Shown: piece after piece, positions 1-13,022 of the stretch
Layout of the letters: the number at the start of each line of letters is the position of its first letter
Position numbering within the stretch: position 1 is the stretch's first letter
DNA from: Octopus sinensis
Lineage: Eukaryota
Direction of reading: 5' to 3'
DNA length: 64,000 nucleotides
Assembly (NCBI RefSeq): GCF_006345805.1
Contig: NC_042998.1
Coordinates: 103,602,001-103,666,000 of the forward strand
The notes under the pieces: generated by a model
What the model was told of the DNA's origin: nothing
Database searches by the model: none
The model's input: only the letters and a program-made list of their open reading frames with translations
Translations under genes and position numbers: made by a program

Positions 1-1162
1 ATCCGTTCCCTTGTACCTGTCATTCAAACTGCCAACTTTACCACTGAGGTTTACTTTATTGTTGCAGTTTCTACTGCTGCTGTTATTCAGCCTCGGGTGA
101 GCTCTGGTAAAGCAGGCATAATATGTGAACAAAGATATTCTAACCGTGACCATCTGTGAGACAAAGGGAAATTTGGTTCCATTCATACTGTTAACAGCAT
201 CTATTTAAATTGTGCATTAAGGTATTCTTGTATAAGCAGTGCACGCTTTGATCCATCGCTGTGAAGTGCGATTGAATCAAATCAAATCATTCGCACAGAA
301 CATCTACCGCTGGAGCTCTGGCAATTTATAACCAATATTTTCCACTCCTCTCGTCAAAGGGCTTTCATAATATATTTTAATGTTCCGATCCCAGTTCACC
401 CCTTAATATCATTGAGCCAGCTTCTCCTTCATCACCCACTTACCGTTTTACAGCATATTTGCAAGTAATCCAGTTATTCTACTGAATTTAAGGGACCGCT
501 GTAATTTTCGTCATTTTAATGTTGCTTTGAGTATATCACTCTTTCTAACCGACATTTTACGTTATTCTAATATGGTCTGGTTGGTCTGACAGTCGTTCCA
601 GGTAATGCTGACAATTTCATAGCGTTGATTATTTTTATTTATTTATCTATTTATTTATTTATTTATTTATTAAGTATGCCCATGTCTCACATCAAGACAA
701 TTCTACAAGTGTTATAGATTGTTTTAGCCTAATTAATTTAATAAACTTGATCAAAAGTAAACAAATATCTTATTTGGACTCAGATAAAACAGACATAGTA
801 CATGTCTAGACTATACTATACTGATGAGATCGAAAAGACCGATGTATGTGTCCATAACTGACCCTTGCTTTCAAACACAGATCAGGCTGTCCTTTCGATA
901 TGCATGCAAATTTACACATGAATTCCATTATTCACTTCCTTCTGAAATTATCCCCCTTCTCGAGAAATGTTGAAAGAGGTTAACGCTAAGAGTTTGGTTC
1001 CTTTCACTAACAAAGAAATTCAATAAATGAAGACTTTATTGTGTAATGAACACAGTACATCGTGCGTTTGTATAGACATACATACATATATACACACATA
1101 CATACACCACACACGCATATTTATATTGCATACATATATTTGGATGAATACATATAAAATAT

Positions 1163-1203
<41 letters not shown>

Positions 1204-1236
1204 TACATGCATGTATATATTATATGTTTATGTATG

Positions 1237-1281
<45 letters not shown>

Positions 1282-1621
1282 CGAAAAAGAGAGAGAGAGA
1301 GAAAAAGACAGACAGAAAGAAAGAGATGGGAAAGAGAGAGAGAAGAGAGAGAGGAGAGAGAGATCTACGTATCTATATACTTACACACACGCATATATAC
1401 GTATGTCTGTATGTCTGCCTATGTTTTCATAATGCATGTCTGTGTGAGTGTGTAGCTAGTACACGTAGTAAGACTATTATATCATGTTCCAAAAACTGCC
1501 TTTGTTTGCCATGAAAAGATTTCAACATTTATACTGAATGAAAATATAATTAGATATACGAAACGGAAGAAAGATGAGAACGTTAGTGAACAAAACACAG
1601 GAGTGAGCATATGTTCATACG

Positions 1622-1721
<100 letters not shown>

Positions 1722-3269
1722 TGTGTGTGTGCATGTTTGTGGGGAACGCAGAAGGAGAGTGTGGTGTAAAAGAGAAAGAAAATATATAGAACTGGTTCAT
1801 CATGAAATGATTGGTTGGCATTATTTAAAGAACTTTTAACTCCTGCCGAGGAGAAATTATGACCAAAAAAACCTTAAAGTTTTGACAATCTTGTGTTTAT
1901 ATAAGATGTAGTGTATTGCAGCATCATAGTACAATATTTTTAAAGACTAGCGTGTGTGAATTAAGGGGGATTTTGAGCAAATCTAGCAATCCTGGTTTTG
2001 GTTTTGTGGCTAGGCTAAATGGTTAAAGTAATCGGTAGCAAGAAATAGAGAGAGAAACAGAGAAATAGAGAGAGAGAGAGAGAAAGGAGTGAAGGAAATA
2101 GAGAAAAAAAGGGAGAGGTGAAAGAAGTGGAAAAAATCGGATGTTTGGGCAATGGATTTGAGAAAACGAACGATAAAAACTGCAGTTTGTTTAAGAGGAC
2201 AGGGAGTGAAAAAGAAAAAGAAAAGTGACAGAAAGAAGAAAAGGTGAAAACTAAGGAAATTTATAAATAAAACTCCATCTTCATAAAAACAACATCAACA
2301 ACAACATTGAGAACATGTTGTAATTGCAAATACAAAAGAGACAAAGACCTCAAAACTGTCTTATCAGATCAAATCTATGCATTTACGGGAGCAGAAATTC
2401 TTTTGTTCTATGAGTCTGAGAGAAGCTTGTCGCAAAGAACACCTTTTTCTTTCTTTTTTTTTCCTCCAGTAAGTTCACCCTCTTATTAAATACACCGACG
2501 CCACCACGTGGAGATTTTACAATTGCTGTCTGGCTGCCACCCCTTTAAACAATCTTCTTCATCATTACCCGGGATATTTCAAAACCATAGTCTCCAAAAC
2601 AATATGGATATTTTTCTTTTTATAATCTACTGACGTTGATTGTCGCTACCGTCGATGCTGCCTTTACAGTTGTTGTTTTAGCTATTATCGTTGCTCAGTG
2701 TCGATGTTGCTATTGCTACTGTTGCTAATATTGCTAACATTGCTAATATTTGTTAATATTGCTAGTACTACTGTTACTGTTACTGCTGTTGGTTTTGTTC
2801 TGTTGTTGTTGTTGTTGTTGTTGGTGGTGGTGGTGTTGTTATTGTTGTTGTTACTGTTATGGCTACTATTGCTGATGATACTGTGGCTCTTTCGTCGTAG
2901 CCATTGTTGCTTACGTATTCGTTTCAGCTGGTATATACACTTTGATGATGATGATGACTGTTGACAACCACAACGAAAACAATGAAAATTCTAAGTTTCT
3001 CACACTCGTTACTCAGTGATTCACACACATAAACATACGCACACATTTATATGTATCAGCTGTTACTTTCAGCCGCTATTTGAAATTTCACGAAACGTTC
3101 GATCAGTTCACGATTGAAAAAAGAACTAATTAACCCCAGAACGAGAAACGCCTATATTTGATTTCTTACTAACATTCAAAATTTAGCGCAAATTCTTGTC
3201 CTGTTTTTCGAGTTTCGTTTCTAGGTGTTCCTTGGGTCATATAGCACGATAAGGAGCCGTATTAAATTA

Positions 3270-3672
3270 TGTATGTATGTATGTCATTGTTCAGTTGCAT
3301 TTCAAGATTTCTTGCCAATAGAGAAAGAGCTGGTTTCTAACCTAGATCCAAAGCTCCTTCATTGGAATGTCAACATTAACAACGAGGTATTTTTGTAATT
3401 ATGTATATGTGCAAATTTGTATGTTTTGCTTTATAGATATATTCTCATGTTTATAGTTGCATATCTAGACATACTTATATATAATTTTCTGGAAAGTTTT
3501 ACAAATTTTTACAGCTCCAGTGAAGGATTGGATCTGTAGTCTTCGAATTAGCTTTCTCCTTTCTGGTTTTGATTTGCTCAATTTCTCGATATTGGTATTT
3601 AGGCAGTGTGTTACATATCCCAGGGCCCCAATAATTACAGGCATAAACTTGAAGTTGTAATTTGGATAGTAT
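3270..3672 (-). mobile_element. 3' fragment of R4/Dong-type non-LTR retrotransposon (ORF C-terminus, 3'UTR, (TACA)n tail)
   Basis: Minus-strand translation YPNYNFKFMPVIIGALGYVTHCLNTNIEKL...LQIQSFTGAVKICKTFQKIIYKYV* (stop about 3465). The PVIIGALG motif is typical of the end of RLE-bearing R4/Dong ORFs. A second copy lies at 23161-23460. Confidence 0.8.
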
Positions 3673-3790
3673 ATATTTATGTATGTATGTATGTATGTAT
3701 GTATGTATATTTGTTTGTATGTATGTATGTATGTATGTATGTATGTATGTATGTATGTATGTATGTATGTATGTATGTATGTATGTATGT

Positions 3791-4462
3791 AGATTTTTGA
3801 TTGAGCTTAATTTATGTTCTTGAGAGAGTTCACGCCGGTCACTAACAAAGGGACAAACATTTTTAAGTTAAGAGGGTTCCAGGTGTTTCTAAATGTGTAG
3901 TTGAGTTGGTGTACTGGTTGAACTGTCAATGCATACACCCAAGTGTATGCCTTTATTCACATAAGAATCTCAGGAGAATTTTTGGAATGTCTTACAAACA
4001 TTAACTGTACCGCTAATAGATTGGATTTGGAGAATCCACATCAATTTCTTTTGCTTTTTCTTTGCGAAACCGGGTATTTCCAGGTTTTTGTGCATATTTG
4101 TTGGTACATAACCAACTGCACCTATGATGGTAGGTATAAATGAGAATTCATAATCAGAGCACTAGAGCTGCAAGTTCCGCGTTAATTCACAATAAGCGTT
4201 CCCTTTTTTTCTGGACTTTTGATTGTACATTCGCATCCGCTGGGCAGCTAACCTCTACAACAGAGCATGACGTCTGTTCCTTGTTCCACGGAACAACATC
4301 AATTCTGTTATGATTGCAACGAATTGGGGGTTTTATTGGGGTGTTCCATCAGTATTCTTTCTTTTTAAAGGCGTGAATAGCTGCTGGCTCTGACATGGCA
4401 GACCTTCCTGAAGATAGCATCGTAAATAGTTTTCGCAACTCTATCATGCCTCAGTAATAATG
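3791..4462 (-). mobile_element. Decayed R4/Dong-type LINE: RHD motif, restriction-like endonuclease domain and 3'UTR
   Basis: Manual minus-strand translation: LLLRHDRVAKTIYDAIF / EY*WNTPIKPPIRCNHNRIDVVPWNKEQTSCSVVEVSCPADANVQSKVQK / NAYCELTRNLQL*CSDYEFSFIPTIIGAVGYV...LQIQSISGTVNVCKTFQKFS* (stop 3970-3972), with 2 frameshifts and 2 internal stops. The order matches RHD...HNRPD...EVSCPxD of PD-(D/E)xK RLE domains. Confidence 0.85.
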
Positions 4463-5126
4463 CATGCATGCATATATGTATGTATGTAAGCATGCGTATT
4501 AATTATTAGTGACAGACGTTGCCTTTGTAACGAATGTTAATTTGCACATCCTGCTCGTCTTGGATGTGTTGTTTAAATGCCGTAAGCTTCCCGAGAAATC
4601 ATCTCGTAAAGACATTAAGTGCTAAAAAGCACAGGTTATATCGGCGGACGAAATTTCGTCAGCACCGGCCGATTGGACAGTTGTACCATGTGACTTCAGC
4701 GCGTGTTTTATGTTATCGCCTTCCAATTGGTTATGATTTCCTAAAACATATAAATCAATTGAAGGAACCAACCAATTTAACTCTACAGGTAAAACTACAT
4801 TCTATATATTGTATATGTTTCTCATAAAACTGCAAATACGCGCACGCGTGCATATGTGTATTTCTATTTGCTTGTGGATGCTGTTAACGAGGGAATGATA
4901 GGTAAAATCAAGGGTAATCATGATAGGTAAAATCATGTGTAATCATGAACCGCACTGATTCTCTATTTGATTAAATGCCATTCCAGAAATAACGGTAACC
5001 CTACTATTGAAAATACTCCCTACTCTCTTAAAAACGAAGGGACGTGATAGATAATGTTACTACTCGATATATAATAATTTTGTCTTCTTCTTCTTCTGGA
5101 GGGTTCATAAACAAAATAACAACGCA

Positions 5127-5234
5127 GGGTGGTGAGGTGACGGAGTCGTTAGCGCGCCAGATGGTATTTTATCGGGTATTTGTGGCTACTCTTTGCGTCT
5201 TGAGTTCAAATTCCGCTGTTGCTTACTTTCGGGG
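5127..5234 (+). mobile_element. Degenerate SINE family A head, truncated by a family C copy
   Basis: ggtgaggtgacggagtcgttagcgcgcc...gagttcaaattccgc resembles the family A 5' end. Confidence 0.6.
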
Positions 5235-5235
5235 G

Positions 5236-5570
5236 ACTCCCTTCGGTCACGACACTGACCATGGGATTGCAACTAGAAAGTTACCCTCCTAGTCACAAGT
5301 CTGGGCAAGGTGGTTTATGGAAGACCAGCAGTCGCCCATGCATACCGGCCTCCCCTCTCCACGCCATCAGTGTTATCCAAGGGAAAGGCAAAAGCCGATA
5401 CAGCTTGGCACCTGTGACGTCGCAACTCATTTCTACAGCTGAGCGAACTGGAGCAACGTGAAAAAAATAAAGTGTCTTGCTCAAGAACCCAACACGCAGC
5501 CCGGTCCGAGATTCGAGCTCACAACCTCACGATCGTAAGCTCGACGCTCTAACCACTGAGCCATGCGCCT
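5236..5570 (-). mobile_element. tRNA-derived CORE-like SINE (family C), near full length
   Basis: Minus strand starts aggcgcatggctcagtggttagagcg (A box), has a B-box-like gctcgaatctc, then CORE-like ttcttgagcaagacactttattt...gctccagttcgctcagctgtagaaatgagt. Homologous to 24873-25199. Confidence 0.85.
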
Positions 5571-6205
5571 TCACTTTATTGGTCGGCTTAATCCGTTACC
5601 TACTCTAGAAGCACCACCAAGCTCGTACATATCTTGAGCAGGGTCTATTCTTGTTAGAAGCATTCGAGCCAGGTCTAAGATTGGGATGATCCCTTCGTGT
5701 ATCCCTTCAGTATCAGATCTGAAAATGATTTTTGACGAAATGGCTTTTCTATAGTGTAAGCGATAAACAACATCTAACAGCAACACTATCTAACAACTTA
5801 AAACAGCTAATAGATCAATAATAAATTAACTAACTATGTCTGTGAGCTAGTTTAGCTATCTAAGAAACTAGGTGGTTATCTAGGCAACTAGCAAGTAACT
5901 TTTCGAGACAGCTTTATTCGTTTAACAATCACCTGTATTTTTGATATATACAATGACTATCTCCTTAAACTGCTCCCACCCTCGTGCTGTGTTATGCGGC
6001 CCTATTATATATTTCATTGATAACAATGATGGTAATAGTAGTAGTAGTTGTCGTTCTCGCTGTTGTTGAGATGATGGTGAAGAAGAGAGCAAGTGAAGGC
6101 CTCGAAAATAATAGATTATCTCTAAATAAACTTATAAACATTCACGTCTTTAGAAATTGCAGAAACTTAATTTCTCCCCCAATCTCTTTCTCTCTCTCTC
6201 TCTCC

Positions 6206-6243
<38 letters not shown>

Positions 6244-6621
6244 CGCTCGTGGCTTTTTCTGCTAATACTGACCCAACTTTGACCACAACTATATACACAT
6301 GAATACACGAACACAAACACAAGCACGCGCGCGCTCAAATACGCACACATGCCTATGCACATATGTGTCTGAAAAGTTATTTACATATAACAGTGCTTAC
6401 GTGCAGTGTTTTTATGTTAGGTAGAGGGCAGAGTGTCAATACACTGAAATGAAATATATTTGTATGTAGTAAGTTTGTTTGTTATAACACTGAATTATAG
6501 ACATACAAGGTAAAACTACAACTTTGTTTTATTTTATTTTATTTTCTCTTTCCTTTTGTAGTTTACTTTGTACCTTCTCGCATTGTTCCGGCCTTTCACA
6601 AAAATTCTCTTCAGTATACAC

Positions 6622-6656
<35 letters not shown>

Positions 6657-7686
6657 CATATACACGCACACACGCACAGACACACATACACACACAGATA
6701 TATATATATGCAGATGTGTGTGTTTGTTCACGTAAAAACTTATATTTGGAGAGAAACATTTTTGTTGTCGTATGCTGGCTACAACTAAATATAGATTGTG
6801 TCTATTTCAAAGAAGCGAACTCTACAAAATCTTCTCCCGTCTATTGAAGATAAATTTTCAATCATAAAGAGTAAGACTTCAATTGACAGAAATTAGAGAG
6901 TTCGAAGCCATGTGGGAGCGTATATGTGTTTAATCAACGAACTAGAAACATTAGCTATTGGTTAATTTTCCTTCGTATCTCCTTGAAACATCTTAAATAG
7001 TGGAAGGACACGACAGACAATTTACTTTTATATTTGTAAAGTATAACGTGAGAGATGTTTCTTGTTCCTAAATTACAAGATTTCTGAGTTTCATTATTGC
7101 TATATCTGTAAATAAACAACTTAGATAAACAACCTAGCACTATTTTTTAAAAAGGTTTTTATCCACCTTCTCTTTTGCTATTCCTCTTTTCTTCAGTTCT
7201 TTCAATTTGCTTTTACTCACTCTATTTTCATAGTTACTACGAGAGTTGTGGCATCTATCCGTGTGTGTGTGTGTATCCAATATAGGTAGAATCAACCAGC
7301 ATAGAACTCCATCCAGTGAGAGATAAATATCAATTTAATACATAACGTTTTTTATGCTTTTAGGATATATTTAACATGATGTATTTTACAAAGACGTCAA
7401 GTTAAAGTATCACGAAAGCATGAAACTATTAGTAGCTCTATCGGGTATGTATTAAATTCAAACACGCATACGCACACACACTCACACACAAACACACAAA
7501 CATATGTACAATATGTATACATACATACACACACACACACACATATATATTATATATATATAATATATATAATTATATATATATATATACATATATGTAT
7601 GCATATATATGTGTGTGTGTATATATATGTATATATGTATATATATATAATGTTTGTACATATGTATATATATATATATATATATA

Positions 7687-7723
<37 letters not shown>

Positions 7724-8595
7724 TTGTCAAACGTTGCATACGCACACATACAAAGATTTCGATTGTATGAGCATGTAAGCCACTGAATAAGTATTATTAT
7801 TGTTATTAGTTTTATTGTTTTATTTTTAGAAATGAAATTGTGTTCTATATGTGAGATGGTGCGAATTTAATATGAACGAATTATGTGTGTTAGCTACGTT
7901 AAATCTTTAAAAAAAACGACCGCATTTATTATGTAGGCTGAGCTTCTCTCGTGGTTTATCTCTCTGTCTATCTGTTTGTCTCTGTCTCTCTCACCTTCTC
8001 TCTCTCTCCCAATAATATATATATATAAGCTATGTACAATGTAATAAAAATAAAATGTAGGCGTGAGATGGAAACAACTATAAAAAAAGAACCCCTTGAA
8101 AATGATAACATCTGCATACAGAGTCGAACAAAGGATTATAGCTATAAACAAGATGTGTAGGATTTAGAAAATTGTATATTTGTGGGTGCTTACACAAAAG
8201 ACACTTTGCTACAAAAGTTTTAAGTTTATGTTTTAGTAGTTGTTTTGTGTGGATTAACTAACTATTAACAGAAGGAGTGGCTACGATTTAAAGATGTCTA
8301 TCTCGAGGTAAATGCAAGCTAAAAATAACTTTTATGCATATCGTGGATGATGTAATTAGAAGATTTGGCACGATAATCCGAGAAAATATAATATGAAAGT
8401 ATTCCTGAAATAGCAAGCATAGATAAATATAAAAAAGTGTCTTACAGTTGAGGGCGTAACTTGTCTGTGTCTTCAAGTATGGATCGCGTCTTGATACGAG
8501 TAACAAGTGAGATGATTCAGCCTTTTTAAGACGAAATTAAGCAATGAGGGGATAAGGCTGAATTAATTCAGTTTTAATGTTATTTTAGCGGTCAA

Positions 8596-8808
8596 GGCGG
8601 CTAGCTGGTAGAATAGTTAGCACGCCGGACAAAATGCTTAGCGACATTTCATCTGTCTTTATGTTCTGAGTTCAAATTCTGCCGAGGTCGACTTGGCCTT
8701 TCATCCTTTCGGGCTCCATAAAATAAGTACCAGTTGAGTGCTGGGCTTGATGTAATCGACTTGTACCTCCCCGAAAATGTTGGCCAAGTGCCAAGATTTG
8801 AAACCAAT
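8596..8808 (+). mobile_element. tRNA-derived SINE family A
   Basis: ggcggctagctggtagaatagttagcacgcc...gagttcaaattctgccgaggtcgacttggcctttcatcctttcggg...aataagtaccagtt. A and B boxes are present, and more than 20 homologous copies occur in the window. Confidence 0.9.
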
Positions 8809-9029
8809 ATTATTTTAGCAGTTAGTCCCTAGGGAAAACAGAGTCAACTTTCAGGAATTTTTCGGGAAGGAGAGAGTAAGGGGAATCTCAAACTGGGGAC
8901 CTGGCCCGAATGTTTGCGAAGTGGATTCAGTTAAAGGTAACCATGAATCAGGTACAAGTTTTAAATCGGGAGATTATTAAATCTAACACTCACGTATTCC
9001 ACGACGTCAAAGAGCAGGAAGAAATGCGA

Positions 9030-9210
9030 CCAGGAATCCTATTTAACGCTCTAAAACACTCGCCTTTCCAACGCTCTAGGCTGCTACTTTATTTATCGAT
9101 CCCGAAAAGATGACAAGTAAAGCTGACCATGGGGACTTGAGTTCAGAACGCAGAGTCAGCATAAATACTACAAGACATTTCTCCTGATGGCTTAATGACT
9201 TTGCCACTAT
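9030..9210 (-). mobile_element. Degenerate SINE family A
   Basis: tactttatttatcgatcccgaaaagatgac...ttgagttcagaacg is the reverse complement of the family A core. Confidence 0.65.
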
Positions 9211-9946
9211 TTGTTAGAGATATTAGGGATTTTATAAACGATTTGTACAATGGCTTGAAAAATATTTCGTCAATTTTCATTAACTTTCAAATAATTTATC
9301 TGCTATTTTATCGTATCAATGTCACTAAGTAACAAATGTATGACAGTATTTATGTAAAAAACAAAAAAAAAAAAACTTAATATTTGTTATTTTCATCCTT
9401 GCAAAAAGTCTGTCTACTGATTAGCAGAGGAAAGAAGATACTACATTTTTCAAACAAATACCGGCAGTTATATTGCCCGACTTTCTAACGAGTCTGCCCG
9501 TTCACCGCTCTTGTACTTTAAAGGGAAATAATAAATGAATAATGCGGTATAAGTTAATCTTAAGTTTTGATTCTTTTTCTCCTACTACCGAAAATATTAT
9601 TCTGATTCGTTGCTTTAACACACGTGGACTTTGTAAAATTTTCAATAACTAACTGTCTTAGCTATCAAAGCAAAAGTGGACTGAGATGACGTTATCAGGG
9701 AATCAACAGTGCATAATATTCAGGACGGGAAATTTTATAAAGAGCATGGACTGACATATCATGGAATTTTAGAATAAGAGACGGAAGCGTAATGATTGAA
9801 ATTAAAGGCACCCGACCAATTTTGATCGAATATTTCATTTAATCATCTCGACGAAGGTTGTCATGTTTGTTTTCAGTATGGCAAATTAAACAAATGTAAG
9901 CAACCAGAACTGAAGTAGAAGCAAATGAAACATTTCCTAGAACACA

Positions 9947-9995
<49 letters not shown>

Positions 9996-10239
9996 TGTAG
10001 GCCAACACAATAGATTGTAAAGAATGTATAGGGTTCATTTATACAATATGTCCGTGGATAGAAAAAGTGAATCAGTTCTTACTAGAAGTGCCATCAGCTA
10101 TAAATGTGCCTTCTCAAGCACAATATTAAGAGATACAGTAAACTGGATAAACCTATAGACGTATTTTACAATATGTATTAGCAATAAAACGAAGCGCTTC
10201 ACTCACCAGACATTTAATGTTTGATCTAGCAAACTAGGA

Positions 10240-10740
10240 AACTATTGAAACATATGAATTGGAGGTTAAGGTAACCTCTAACGTTAGTGGTTATATAAGC
10301 AGCGTGTTTGTAGATAAGAGGAGACAGTACATAGTTACCTATGACGATTCCAAGAAGACTCGAAATACGTGTACAACTGTTCTTTCACTTTTCCTATCTA
10401 CTGACATTGTGTATGGATGAATCGTTAACAGTTATCGTAACACGAAGTGTTCGCTATAAGACAGCAAAAACTATAGGTATGTCTGTAGTACATTGTAGTA
10501 ATGAAACGAAACACTACTGCCACAGCAAAAATTCCTGATGATCCAAAAACTATCTGGATTCTATATGTTTAGGTTTATTGAAGAAAATGCAAGTACGGAA
10601 CGTAGTGCTGCAGCGAGATATCCCGACAAATTGGGAAACAAAAATTAGAGTATGAGTTATTTTGATTCTCAAATTTCAAAGCTAACAAAACGAAATTGTT
10701 TTAAAAACGAATGCTTAATAAAACTTGCCGAAGGTAAGAA
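10240..10740 (+). pseudogene. Possible heavily decayed LINE RNase H-like remnant
   Basis: Spaced weak motifs in different frames: YIVTYDDSKK (cf. YTDGSK), SVRYKTAK (cf. SVFTAE), LF*F (cf. W) and KNECLIKLAEG (cf. GNExADxLAKxG). Many stops; weak call. Confidence 0.25.
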
Positions 10741-12216
10741 AATTACAATCTGGGTTCAAACTGGTTAATGATCGTTTAACACTTTTATTGAATACAGTTC
10801 AATACAGTCCAATACAGTTCATTCGTTTGTTTTCTTGTTGATAATATATTTAAGTTTTTATCGTTTCCCTCTCCTCAAAAATAATAGATAGATAAAGGTT
10901 ATAATATTTAATGCCAGTTCAATATCCTCTTTAAGCACCATTTAATAAGCAGGCGGTATTTTAATTTGGATACTGACCATGAATTGACTGAACGCGATTC
11001 TCTTCATCTTGACAAATGATAAACGTTTCAATCGACACCATACCAATACATTATGTTTGTGTAGTCCAAGATTATTCTTAAAACATGACATGAAAGGCCT
11101 CAAGCTATGTAACAGATAAAATTCAAAACATCTCTGGTTAAGTCTACACACGTCGCTACTCTGTTATCGCTTTGGGACTTCAATAGAGAAACAAGATGAA
11201 ATGAAACATCTGTACGTCACCGAATGTAATTAGCATACTCCTGTACAACACGTATCCCACTCGCTTAATATTAGTAACTAAAATCTAGTGACAAGCATTG
11301 CATGATGACAGGCAGCTACATCAACAGCAGATTTGATTTCAGAGTCTTCTCGTATATTTCCCCACCAAAGGATGCATAGAAATCAGCAGGGATTTGAAAG
11401 AAGCACATTTCCACACAAACTGGATAGTCGTTAAATAATGACTTCATCCACCTTTTAAAGTGCATTGATTTTTTTATCCCCCAAGGTGTCCAAAAAGCTA
11501 CGCCCCTCATCAAGCTGGTCTTGTGGTGTTGACGATTTAACAACCAATGAATCGACTATGCAACAGGTTGTACTCGGTTGCTAGTTACCAGTAGCAGTTA
11601 AGGGTGATCGGACACAAGAATCTCCTAAAATATACATACACGCATACAAACATAAAATTAAAACCAATGCTGATGTACCCATTTAAATGATATCCTACCT
11701 GTAAATCAGAAATTCTATAGAAATACATTTTCTTTCCATCTTTCTTTTTTGTTTTTGTTTGTTTGTTCCATGGACTAGTGTGAGCCTAAAAATTAGTTCA
11801 TATGATGGAATGGGTCTCAGTGAAGAAGACATCTCAAATTAAGAGCAGGTGATGATGATCTCAATGATTGAGAACTTTTCAATTTAGAGCGTGCATTCTA
11901 TGAGAATGACACAAACCATTTGAAAATATACTCAGCAGATCTGGGTTCATACACAGATATAAAAGGATACCAAAATTTTGAGAGGCATATACTTGCAGAA
12001 TATCAAAACCAGAAAACTGCTTTCCTCTTTTGGCTTTTTCCCTTTTTATTTTTTGCGTATGCTACCGAGAAACGGAACTGCCGCAAATACATTTATTAAC
12101 TATCTTTATTTAATTTACATCAGTTTGCATACGCTGCCCTGTAAAGAATTTCTTGAAGTTAAATATTTATTTATTTATTTATGTTGAAATCTAGACATTA
12201 ATTGGCGTTCTCACAT

Positions 12217-12260
12217 TATTGATACGTCCAAATACTGACGTGTTTTATATATATAATATT

Positions 12261-12321
<61 letters not shown>

Positions 12322-12406
12322 GTGTGTGTGTGTGTGTCTGTGTGTGTGTGTGTGTGTTTGTGTGTTGTGTGTGTGTATAACACGTCAGTATTCGGACTAT
12401 CAATAA
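12217..12406. repeat. About 30-bp inverted repeat flanking a (TA)n(TG)n tract
   Basis: tattgatacgtccaaatactgacgtgttttata (12217-12249) versus tataacacgtcagtattcggactatcaata (12376-12405). Confidence 0.85.
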
Positions 12407-12502
12407 CAGTCCCAATGTATTTCATCCGATGGGTAAATTCTGAGTTTGCTTCATTGGATTATAAACAGTTTACTGAGTGTAATTCCAAGGCAATTCAAAT
12501 AA

Positions 12503-12772
12503 ACAAGGAGAATATACATCTACTCTGTCTCTATTATTACACATATTTATACAGCATATTTAAATTAAATTTTAAATCACTGTGAATAGTGGTAACACCT
12601 TGAATAAATCTACATGGACACATTTTTAACCAGATGAACAAACTGGATACAAATGAGAATTGCATTGCGGGATATCCAGGTAACAGAAACATATCCGAGA
12701 GAAATTTAAATTTTAAATTCAATATGCTATATAATAATAATAAAACTGTGTAGATGTATTATTCTTTTTATT
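12503..12772. repeat. Degenerate inverted repeat with about 80-bp arms
   Basis: gaatatacatctac...cagcatatttaaattaaattttaaat pairs with atttaaattttaaattcaatatgct...gtagatgtattattc. Confidence 0.7.
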
Positions 12773-13022
12773 TATTTTGTCGTCTCTTTCCGCCTTTAGG
12801 TTCTCTCTCAACCCTTAGATTCGGGAAGCTATAGCCTGAAAGTGACAGGCGTCTGTAAGAGGCTTGCCTGCAAAACTTTAAGTTGCATAGAACCGAATCA
12901 AACCGCTTTAAAGAATACATGTAACTCATGCTAAATGTGTTGTGTGTCCTTCTCTTTCATGTGTCCATTCACCCATACATACATACATACATACATACAT
13001 ACATACATACATACATACATAC

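Noticed and set aside
821-835. ctgatga-gatc-gaaa as a hammerhead
   Set aside because: No room for stem II and no stem I or III pairing.
4895-4948. 25-bp direct duplication (also a 16-bp duplication at 30521-30552)
   Set aside because: Ordinary local tandem duplications with no further structure.
5500-5570. tRNA gene
   Set aside because: It is the tRNA-derived head of a SINE that continues into a CORE-like body; the same applies to the other A/B-box matches.
11316-11543. AFWTPWG as an LTR reverse-transcriptase motif
   Set aside because: No following MPFGL or YxDD motifs.
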